Shown piece after piece: positions 24,524 through 32,091 of a DNA stretch of 33,820 nt. Source of the DNA: an uncultured Planctomycetia bacterium (GTDB taxonomy: Bacteria; Omnitrophota; Gorgyraeia; 2-02-FULL-51-18); the NCBI GenBank assembly GCA_964489945.1, contig CAZBAY010000003.1:1-33820 (forward strand), given 5' to 3'. Both the position numbers and the translations under genes were made by a program. The notes under the pieces are model-generated. The model had not been told where the DNA came from. It was given only the letters and a program-made list of their open reading frames with translations, and searched no databases. Every line of letters begins with the position of its first letter. Positions within the stretch are counted from its first letter, which is position 1.

Positions 24524-25496
24524 TCGACACCCCGCTCGGCTCCGGAACACCTTTGGTTTCACGATGGAACTCAACGATCGCCCGCGCGGCCGCGCGCACG
24601 TTCGCACGGATCTCCTCCGGCGCGGAAGGCGAATGCAAACTTAAGGGGCGTCCCTCCTCGAGTGAGACCAAGAGTTCCGTGAAATAACGCGAGACCGCTT
24701 CCTTGACCCTCAAGGACCGCAGGTTCCCCCAGTCGAGCAGTCTTGCGATCCTCTCGCGCAGTGTCGGCTCCGGCCGCGCGCCCTTGCTGGCCTTCGATAG
24801 ACCGCCGATATGCACAAGAGTGGGCGAATCTTTAAAAACGAGCTTTTCTCCCGCTGCCTGCAGCAGCAGGTTCAGCATCTTTCCGGTGTCATACGTTTCT
24901 TTTTTCAGGCCCGCCTGCACGAGCCACGGCCGGTGAGCCTGCGGCACGCGCTGCCAATAGCGGAAGCGGTCAAAGGCTATCCCCGTGCGCCGGATGCATT
25001 CGATAAGTTTCCGGTTGTCATAGACCGCAAAGAACGTGCTGCCTGCGCAGAAGCCGCCGGCCCGGCTGTGATTGCCCTTGATCTTCCTCGAATGGCGCAT
25101 AGGTGCCGCTTCGCCGGACGAGGCCCAGATCGCGCGGCCCGAGAACACGGCCGCATATTCACGCAGAAGCGGGACAAACTCCTGAAAAAAAGGGCCCGTA
25201 GCTAGAATGTCCGAATCCATGAAACAGAAATGGCTTGACGTCTCCTTCTCCTGGAGCCTGTTCAGGGCTTCCGCGTGCTTTAAAACCTCGCGCGGCGAAA
25301 GACGGAAAAACTGAAGCCGCGGACTTTCCGAACACAGCGTCTCCAGCAGCCTTTCTTCTTCGGGGAGACACCCGTTGGCGACAAGCCGGTAGGAGCAGTC
25401 CGACCATTTCAAAAGACTGCGCACGAAGAAGGCCAGATACCGGACCGTTCCGGGCGTATAGATGATGTTAAACGTGAAGTTCATGGTTCGAGGCAC
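24516..25496 (-). CDS. hypothetical protein, possible GT-A-fold transferase with DSD (DxD) motif
   Basis: 326 aa with no family I recognise. It has an N-terminal beta-strand-like FTFNIIYTPG and CFMDSDILATGPF. It sits in an operonic position between sulfotransferases. Confidence 0.5.
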   Translation of the reverse strand: MPRTMNFTFNIIYTPGTVRYLAFFVRSLLKWSDCSYRLVANGCLPEEERLLETLCSESPRLQFFRLSPREVLKHAEALNRLQEKETSSHFCFMDSDILATGPFFQEFVPLLREYAAVFSGRAIWASSGEAAPMRHSRKIKGNHSRAGGFCAGSTFFAVYDNRKLIECIRRTGIAFDRFRYWQRVPQAHRPWLVQAGLKKETYDTGKMLNLLLQAAGEKLVFKDSPTLVHIGGLSKASKGARPEPTLRERIARLLDWGNLRSLRVKEAVSRYFTELLVSLEEGRPLSLHSPSAPEEIRANVRAAARAIVEFHRETKGVPEPSGVSIE

Positions 25497-26130
25497 AGCG
25501 CAACTGCCTTAAGCGTACGCCCTCCCGGTACAATACCACGTCCTTTTCGTTCAACTGACGTATGGTTTCTTTGACCTCCTCGCCGACAGGAGGGAACTGG
25601 GCGCGAAATTCTTTGTTGATGTTCACATGGGCGGGCTCCACCCTTCCCCACCCCATCCGCTCTGCCAATTGCCGGAGGTCCTCGTCAAAATGTTCCATGA
25701 TGCCGACGAAGAAGAAATCCTTAAGCGCGGCTCCTTCGAGGAACCGCGACATACGGTTGCGGCTCGAGTCTTGGCGGACATAGTCCATCAGCGTTTCGTC
25801 CCGGCGGTGGTAGGCATGGGGCCGCTCGCCGCTGCCAGCCCTCTGGATGAAAAAATAATAATTGGACAGCACGCGCTCGACAGGTTCCCGGAGCCAGGTG
25901 ATCAAGGGCACCTCCGTTTCGTGATGGAGCTTTGAGATGTCCGAAAAGGTAAAATGGCCGTGCAAGACCTCTACGGAAGGAGGGATCGATCTCTCGAGAT
26001 CTTCGTTCCACTTTTTGCCGCTCACGCGCGTCACGTTGAAGACCTTTTTCTCGCCATAGACGCGCCTCAAGACGATACGGAACGACCGGCCCGCGGTTTT
26101 TGGGATATGGATAGATACTAACCGGATCAA
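25468..26130 (-). CDS. sulfotransferase, Sulfotransfer_2-like (paralog B)
   Basis: IHIPKTAGRSF PAPS-loop-type motif, LITWLREPVERVLSNYYF, and a clear paralog of the upstream gene. The TTG start at 26130 forms a TTGA overlap with the upstream stop. Confidence 0.72.
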   Translation of the reverse strand: MIRLVSIHIPKTAGRSFRIVLRRVYGEKKVFNVTRVSGKKWNEDLERSIPPSVEVLHGHFTFSDISKLHHETEVPLITWLREPVERVLSNYYFFIQRAGSGERPHAYHRRDETLMDYVRQDSSRNRMSRFLEGAALKDFFFVGIMEHFDEDLRQLAERMGWGRVEPAHVNINKEFRAQFPPVGEEVKETIRQLNEKDVVLYREGVRLRQLRCASNHELHV

Positions 26131-26828
26131 ACGTTGACCTCCTGATTTTCACGCCTTTTCTTTCTCAACGCGAGCGCCTCCTTATACAGGGCGATGTCCC
26201 GTTCGTTGAGGCTCCGGATCTCCTTCCGGATCTCCTCGGAAACGGGGGCTCTTTGAAGCTCACTGTCGTTATGATGAAGCGGCGGCGTCTTTTTCCAATG
26301 CAGCAAATGGGAAAGATCGGCGAGGTCTTCTTCAAAAAATTCCTGCACGCCAATGAAGAGAAAGTCCTCTGCTTTCATGCCGTCCAAAAACTTCGCGATG
26401 CGGTTCCGGGCGATCTCCGCCCTGGCATATTCCAGAAGCGTACGCTCCATTTTGTTCAAAAGAGCGACGTTCCGTTTTTGTTCCTCAAGGATGCCGCGCA
26501 GGACCTTTTGCAGATAAAAATAATTGGACAGGACCCTTTCCACGGGGTCCCTCACCCAGGTGATGAGCGGGATCCCCGCGTCGAGCCTGTAATGATGGGC
26601 CAGGTCCTTCACGCGAAAATGCCCGTGCAGCACCCGCGTCTCTCCCGGCAGACACGCGGGGCCCTGAACGGCTTTTTCGTGAGAGGCCTTTTCGTTCTCG
26701 AGAGGAATGTCCACACGCACAACGGCCTTCTCGCCGTACACGCTTTTCAGAATATTCCGGAAAGAGGTGCCGGCCGTTTTCGGGATATGAAGGGAGACGA
26801 GCTCAATTCTGGGCGGTGTCTGGAGCAT
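26127..26828 (-). CDS. sulfotransferase, Sulfotransfer_2-like (paralog A)
   Basis: LHIPKTAGTSFRNILKSVYGEK, VLHGHF, LITWVRDPVERVLSNYFY. These are the same motifs as in paralog B. Confidence 0.72.
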   Translation of the reverse strand: MLQTPPRIELVSLHIPKTAGTSFRNILKSVYGEKAVVRVDIPLENEKASHEKAVQGPACLPGETRVLHGHFRVKDLAHHYRLDAGIPLITWVRDPVERVLSNYFYLQKVLRGILEEQKRNVALLNKMERTLLEYARAEIARNRIAKFLDGMKAEDFLFIGVQEFFEEDLADLSHLLHWKKTPPLHHNDSELQRAPVSEEIRKEIRSLNERDIALYKEALALRKKRRENQEVNV

Positions 26829-28074
26829 GGGCCCAATCCGCCTGAAGATGGAACGCGGAGATCGTGGAAAATTTCCCGGTCACGATGAACCGGCTGATCG
26901 CGTGATGCCTGGCCAAGACCGTCCCCGCCTCGTCCCTCAACGCGACCGTCGTGAAGTAAACCCGGGGGCTGAGCTGAAGCTCCGGAAAGCGTACCCGGAC
27001 CCTCATTGTTTGCATCGTGTTCCGTATCTCAAAACCGCACAAGTTGGACCGGCAGTTCGAGACGGCATTTAGATCCTGATCGATAAAAATGACGTCCATG
27101 CGCGCCTTTTGGATCGCGGGGTCGAGATTAAAAGCGATCTCGAGCTCCAGATCATCGCGGTGAGCGATCGTGAAGACGCCGTCCCGGAAAGTCTGGCCGT
27201 TGCACGGAATAAAATCAGCGCCCTTGAAAACGGTCCCGCCCTTGGCCGTCGCGCTTCCGGTTTCATCGGCGAATTGCGCGTGATAATACTCGATGCCGGC
27301 CGAAATATCCTCCGACTCAAACACTTTCCTGCCTCCTTGGAGGACCATGAGCTCAGTGGCGATCCGTGTCATTTTGTCCCCCGATTGGGAAACCAGCACC
27401 GTCGCGCATTTTTTAGACAACTCATCGATCCGCTTGAAACATTTCGCTTTGAAGCCGCGGTCCCCTACCGCGAGAACCTCGTCGAGGAGCAGGATATCAG
27501 GCTCCGTCGCGACGACGATCGAAAAACCCAGACGCATCCGCATACCTGACGAATAAGTGGCGACCGGGGCGTCGATGAAACTCCCCAGTTCGGAAAAGTC
27601 GATAATAGAAGCGAGCTTCGCATCGATCATGCGGCGCGTCATCTTGAGAAGCGCGCCTTTCAAATAGATGTTCTCACGGCCGGACATAAGCGGGTGAAAG
27701 CCCGCCCCCAGCGAGATGAGGGAAGCCGTGCGGCCTTTCACCGCTATCTCCCCGGCATCCGGCGGCAGGATCCCGGCCAGAAGCCGCAGAAGCGTCGATT
27801 TTCCGCTGCCGTTCATCCCAACGATGCCCAAAACCTCCCCCCGGCGCAATTCGAAACTGACGTCCTGGAGGGCCCAGAACTCGTCCTTTCGAAGATCGCC
27901 GTTACGCGGCTTTATTCCCGCCAGGTTTTTTGAAAGATCGATGATGCCGTACCACATGCCCCGCTTCAAATCCTTGCAGAACTTCTTGTAAACGTTCTTT
28001 GCGGAAATGAGGACTTCCCCTTTTTCCGTCCGGGCCTCCGTATACCGGTCCTGCTCAAGGTGCGAATTTTTCAT
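26803..28074 (-). CDS. wzt: polysaccharide ABC exporter ATP-binding protein (Wzt/TagH-type) with C-terminal extension domain
   Basis: Walker A GMNGSGKST, signature YSSGMRMRLGF, Walker B ILLLDEVLAVGD, then about 165 extra C-terminal residues. I chose the ATG at 28074 because it forms an ATGA overlap with the Wzm stop. Confidence 0.85.
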   Translation of the reverse strand: MKNSHLEQDRYTEARTEKGEVLISAKNVYKKFCKDLKRGMWYGIIDLSKNLAGIKPRNGDLRKDEFWALQDVSFELRRGEVLGIVGMNGSGKSTLLRLLAGILPPDAGEIAVKGRTASLISLGAGFHPLMSGRENIYLKGALLKMTRRMIDAKLASIIDFSELGSFIDAPVATYSSGMRMRLGFSIVVATEPDILLLDEVLAVGDRGFKAKCFKRIDELSKKCATVLVSQSGDKMTRIATELMVLQGGRKVFESEDISAGIEYYHAQFADETGSATAKGGTVFKGADFIPCNGQTFRDGVFTIAHRDDLELEIAFNLDPAIQKARMDVIFIDQDLNAVSNCRSNLCGFEIRNTMQTMRVRVRFPELQLSPRVYFTTVALRDEAGTVLARHHAISRFIVTGKFSTISAFHLQADWAHAPDTAQN

Positions 28075-28943
28075 GTGTGTATTCTTTCGACGAGCTCGCT
28101 TTCGGAGACATAAAAAAGCCGTAAAGAAAGGAGAAAAACAGCCACCGCCAGAACAGCGGATACACCATAAGCCGCCGGATGGTAAAGCTTGCCGTGGAGA
28201 ATAATGTCCCGCGCCGAACAAACAAGATACGTCAGGGGATTCCAATGTATCACGGTTTGAAGAAACGGGTTTTGGATCTGGCCTGAATAGACTACCGGCA
28301 CCGACCAGATGAGAAGAGCCATGAAAGTGGCTATGGCTTTTTCTATATCAAAAGCCACTACTGAGATCATCGAGACGATAAGACCTAATCCCGCTCCCAG
28401 AAAAAAAAGCGGCAAAGCCACGAGCGGGAATAAGACAACGGCGGCGGTAGGAATGACGCCAAAAAAAACGAGCACCAGAAGATTGAGCGCCAGAGCGACA
28501 AAAAAATTGACGATCTGAAGGAGCGACTTTACGAACAAAAAAACTTCGTGAGGGTAATTGACCTGCAACATCAAATGCTGGCCCTCCTTGAGGGTCTGCG
28601 CGGCCGCGGTAAAAAAGCCCATGAAAAGACCCCATACGGATGAACCGATCAGAACATAAACAGGGTAAGGAACACCAACATCGCCTGGTTGAAGTACGCC
28701 GGAATGTTTGAGAAAGACCCAGACAAGAATGCCCGCCAGCGGCGTCAAGACAACCCAGGCCACCCCAATAAAGGATTTTTTGTAACTAACGAAGAAATCG
28801 CGCTTAAAAAGCTGCCAAATGAGTTCCCGTGAGTCGACGAGGCTCCGGATCATGACGACCCATGTGCCGAAATACCCCAATTCGTGGCGCTGATTGGGAC
28901 GGTAAACGGTGATCTTTTCGCCTTCTTGTGGATTGTTTTTCAT
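28071..28943 (-). CDS. wzm: polysaccharide ABC exporter permease (ABC-2 / Wzm-TagG type)
   Basis: 290 aa with 6 TM helices. The N-terminal ELIWQLFKRDFFVSYKKSFIGVAWVVLTPL is typical of ABC-2 permeases. Confidence 0.85.
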   Translation of the reverse strand: MKNNPQEGEKITVYRPNQRHELGYFGTWVVMIRSLVDSRELIWQLFKRDFFVSYKKSFIGVAWVVLTPLAGILVWVFLKHSGVLQPGDVGVPYPVYVLIGSSVWGLFMGFFTAAAQTLKEGQHLMLQVNYPHEVFLFVKSLLQIVNFFVALALNLLVLVFFGVIPTAAVVLFPLVALPLFFLGAGLGLIVSMISVVAFDIEKAIATFMALLIWSVPVVYSGQIQNPFLQTVIHWNPLTYLVCSARDIILHGKLYHPAAYGVSAVLAVAVFLLSLRLFYVSESELVERIHT

Positions 28944-28957
28944 CGCGAATTAAGGGC

Positions 28958-29716
28958 CTATTTTATACCATTCCGACGCCGGGTGACCATAAAAACCACT
29001 TCCCGATCTTTGGGGACCACGCGGACGTTTTTCCCGGAGATCATAAAAAGCCTGCGGCCCCGCGTGGCGTTGATCTCTCGGGCAAGCGCCGCCAAGTCGT
29101 GGTAACGGCGTCCATGAAGCACTTTCACCTCATCGCACACGTAGCCTCGGGAGCCCACACGGCAGTTGTATTCCGGCGCGAGTGTAGCCACCCGTAAAGA
29201 CGACAAAAAAAGCAGCCTACGAAAAGATGGCTGATCGTAGACACGGGAGACGGCACCGCGCGAATTTTCCTCATACACCTCAAGCCAGCGCCGCAGAAAA
29301 TCCCCGACCGCCGGTGATTTCCTGAATAAAATAACGCCCGCCTGAAATTCCGAAAAACTTTCCGGCACTTCGTCAGAACCATCGACTCGCCGGTTGGGCG
29401 AATGAGCCGCGGCGATATCAAATCGCGCCAGAAGCGGGAAAAGGTCCGAGAGATCCCCGCAGACATGAGTATCGGTATCCAGGTACAGCGTGTGCTCGTA
29501 GGGAGACAGCGGCAAATAGGCGATCTTGTCCCGGGAACTGCCGCGCGCGTCGGGGATCGGAATGACATTTTGAAAAAGCGCGTTCCTGACTTTTTGGTCC
29601 GAAAAAAGCGTGACCGGCAATCCGGGCATGTGTTCCTTGAGGCTCGCCGCCGAGCGGAGCGCCTCTTCGAGATACCTGGGTCCGGTCGCCACGTACACTG
29701 CGCCGCGGCGGCTCAC
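28958..29716 (-). CDS. GT8-like nucleotide-diphospho-sugar transferase
   Basis: AVYVATGPRYLEEA.., DxD motif YLDTDT and QAGVILFRK are GT8-like. I chose the GTG start at 29716, which forms a GTGA overlap with the upstream GT2 stop. The listed ORF start at 30088 lies 376 nt inside that GT2. Confidence 0.65.
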   Translation of the reverse strand: MSRRGAVYVATGPRYLEEALRSAASLKEHMPGLPVTLFSDQKVRNALFQNVIPIPDARGSSRDKIAYLPLSPYEHTLYLDTDTHVCGDLSDLFPLLARFDIAAAHSPNRRVDGSDEVPESFSEFQAGVILFRKSPAVGDFLRRWLEVYEENSRGAVSRVYDQPSFRRLLFLSSLRVATLAPEYNCRVGSRGYVCDEVKVLHGRRYHDLAALAREINATRGRRLFMISGKNVRVVPKDREVVFMVTRRRNGIK

Positions 29717-30651
29717 GAGGGCCACTTCGTGCGCCAGGATTGCGGAAAACGCCGAAACGTGTACCTCGGCGAGCCCTGCGTCAAAGAAACAAGGAACGAG
29801 CCCGCGCTCTTCCAATAGCGCCGGTTCCTGAAATAACGAACCGCGAACTTCGCGTACACCTCGGCGTAAACGGACCGCAGAGGGTCGATCGCGAAACTCC
29901 GCTGGATTAAAGGATAAAATTTCCGCACTCGCGCCACCCTGGCGGCATTGCGCTTGTCCAAATTGGACGGACCCGTCATTTGAGCATTGTGCTGCCGTCT
30001 CACAACGATCGGGGCCCTCGTAAAAACAGGATGAAACCCCGCGATGAGGCAGCGAAGATAAAAGTCGTAATCCTCCCCTATCGGACACTGCTCATCGAAA
30101 GATCCGGCTTTGTCGATCGCTTCCCTTGGGACGACCACCGACGAAGGGCAACGGATGAAGTTGGCCACGATCAGCTGGTGGGCAACAGAACGGTAGCGTT
30201 TGAGATCCGGCACCTGAACCGACGATCTTTTCTCTCCGCTTTTCATGTTCCAAATGGCCAGACCACTCACCGCGAACGTATTCTCCCGCCCTCTCAGGGC
30301 GGCTAGCTGGATCTTCAAATAATCCGGTTCCCACAGGTCATCATCGTCAAGAAAGGCGATGTATTTTCCCTTCGCTACCGCCAGCGCGCGGTTTCGCGCG
30401 CCGGTGGCCCCGCACCCGGTGCCCTCAGCGACCACATGAACCAGCGGAAAATCGTGCGCAATGACGGGACCCAGCTTCCCGCGGGGGCTGTCGTTCACGA
30501 CAAGGATCTCCGCGGAGCCGTCATAACTTTGAGCGTGAACGCTTCGGAGCGCTTCCTTCAGCATTTCGGGACGCTCAAACGTGGGGATCACCACCGAAAC
30601 ATCCGGCGCGCCGGAAGCCGCGTCCTGAGGAGATAATATTTTAATCGGCAT
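29713..30651 (-). CDS. GT2 family glycosyltransferase
   Basis: VSVVIPTFERPEMLKEALRSVHAQSY, ILVVNDS, IAFLDDDDLWEPDYL. I chose the ATG at 30651 (MPIKIL..). The listed ATG at 30723 is an alternative. Confidence 0.8.
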   Translation of the reverse strand: MPIKILSPQDAASGAPDVSVVIPTFERPEMLKEALRSVHAQSYDGSAEILVVNDSPRGKLGPVIAHDFPLVHVVAEGTGCGATGARNRALAVAKGKYIAFLDDDDLWEPDYLKIQLAALRGRENTFAVSGLAIWNMKSGEKRSSVQVPDLKRYRSVAHQLIVANFIRCPSSVVVPREAIDKAGSFDEQCPIGEDYDFYLRCLIAGFHPVFTRAPIVVRRQHNAQMTGPSNLDKRNAARVARVRKFYPLIQRSFAIDPLRSVYAEVYAKFAVRYFRNRRYWKSAGSFLVSLTQGSPRYTFRRFPQSWRTKWPS

Positions 30652-32071
30652 GGGAAACCGTGAGTTGGGACAACAAGGATTTTCCCTGCGCCGTTGGCAT
30701 GGACGCGCCGAGCCATTCCGCAAAAGTCGGGGCGAAATCCATCACCGATATGGGCTCCTTAAGCCGGCCAGCCGGAATTCCCGGGCCTTTCATGAAAAAA
30801 AGACCGTCCGGTTTGTGGTCACCGGTGCGGCATCCGTGATACTCGCCCTCGATCTCCCCCGTCTTGGGGGAAGTCACCGCGCGGATCGGCGCGCGGCGGT
30901 TCCACTCGACAATGAGATCCGGAAAGCGCGAGGTGTCCTCGCCTGGGTAGAGTTCTTCGATCCGATGTACTTTTTGAACAACAGGCTCCTTTGTTTCGAG
31001 ATTGATGAACTCGCCCAAGTCCCGGATCAGGCGATCGCGAAGCCTTTCATATCCGGCGCCGGGTTTCACGCGGCCATGCGGCTCGCGGCCAGCGAGGTTG
31101 ACCCGGATCCCGCCGTATACGGTGTTGTTGGGGACCTTGTAGCACAAGCGGTGGCCAAAACGGTCTCTCTTCGTCCTGAACCTCATCCAGAGATCATAAT
31201 GCCGCTCAAGACCCGCCAGCATCGCGTCCAAAACGGCGGTGCCGTCGTAGTGGGGCCCCATCCCGTGGCTTGCCAACACAAAAACCGCCGTCTCCGGACC
31301 CGCCTCTTCCAAAAGCCGGCCGATCTGGCTGTCTATTTCACGGTAAACATCCCGCAAGGGATCGCCGAGAGAAACAGTAAGCGCCGGATCGTGCTTGAAA
31401 TGCTGGCTATCGTGAATTCGCCAAAACTGGTGTCCGGCACAGTGGGATTCGGTAAAAACCGTGAGAAACAGATCCCATCCGCCCTTCCTTAAAAGATCGC
31501 GCGACAGTTCCCCTTTTCGCCGCACACGGTCCGTCAGGATATTCCGGAGTTCGCGGAACTCGTCCGGGGTTGTTCTCTCGCCGTCACAGCGGGGGATAGG
31601 ATTCAAACCGTATTTTTCTTTGACTTCTTCCGCCAGGCCTTCGGGCCAAGTGACGAACCCCTCCGGCTCGGGGTCGTGCGAAAACCAGTTGAAAAGCTGT
31701 ATACCGTTCAAATCCCGCGCAAGCCTCGTCCTCGGCACGTCAATGACGGCGATCCTTTTTCCCGCGCGGCTCAACGTTTCCCAGAAAAGGGGTTCCTTGA
31801 TCTCCGACGAGGGCAGTCTTTGGAATTCGTACGTGCCCGGCACCAACTGTTTGGGGCTGTAGCGCCCATGCCGCGTCGGCGACGTCCCTGTCGCAAAGGA
31901 CGGCCAGACGGCTCCGACAAAAAGAGCCGGAGGATTCTTTGTAATGCCCCAGGCCGCCTCCTCTAAAAGACGCCCGAACGTCGGCAGGATCCCTTCCCCG
32001 GCCCATTGCAAAATGAGGTCCTTGTCACCGGCATCCATCGCGATACAAAGAATCTTGGAAAGTGCGCTCAT
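30641..32071 (-). CDS. alkaline-phosphatase superfamily protein (type I phosphodiesterase/nucleotide pyrophosphatase-like), cytoplasmic
   Basis: ILCIAMDAGDKDLILQWAGEGILPTFGRL and ..VWPSFATGTSPTRHG.. resemble the NPP/Phosphodiest family N-terminus. VLASHGMGP lies in the distal metal-site region. No TM helix or signal peptide is present. Confidence 0.6.
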   Translation of the reverse strand: MSALSKILCIAMDAGDKDLILQWAGEGILPTFGRLLEEAAWGITKNPPALFVGAVWPSFATGTSPTRHGRYSPKQLVPGTYEFQRLPSSEIKEPLFWETLSRAGKRIAVIDVPRTRLARDLNGIQLFNWFSHDPEPEGFVTWPEGLAEEVKEKYGLNPIPRCDGERTTPDEFRELRNILTDRVRRKGELSRDLLRKGGWDLFLTVFTESHCAGHQFWRIHDSQHFKHDPALTVSLGDPLRDVYREIDSQIGRLLEEAGPETAVFVLASHGMGPHYDGTAVLDAMLAGLERHYDLWMRFRTKRDRFGHRLCYKVPNNTVYGGIRVNLAGREPHGRVKPGAGYERLRDRLIRDLGEFINLETKEPVVQKVHRIEELYPGEDTSRFPDLIVEWNRRAPIRAVTSPKTGEIEGEYHGCRTGDHKPDGLFFMKGPGIPAGRLKEPISVMDFAPTFAEWLGASMPTAQGKSLLSQLTVSHAD

Positions 32072-32091
32072 TTGATCATTTTAACCCAAAT

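Noticed and set aside
26803-28245. Extended N-termini of listed ORFs: Wzt from 28245, TDT from 9156, nasA from 11432, moeA from 5464, mobA from 3504.
   Set aside because: In each case the extension overlaps the upstream gene, has a non-protein-like composition (for example MESPDVSCLFGAGHYSPRQ..), and an internal ATG/GTG gives a 4-nt overlap or short-gap junction consistent with the rest of the operon.
28958-30088. Listed 376-aa ORF whose first ~124 codons overlap the 3' end of the GT2 gene (29713-30651) in another frame.
   Set aside because: The overlapping N-terminal part (MSDRGGLRLLSSLPHRGVSS..) is low-complexity, Arg/Gly/Ser-rich and has no motif. The GT8-like homology begins right after a GTG at 29716 that forms a GTGA overlap with the GT2 stop. 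I therefore called the short form, 28958-29716.
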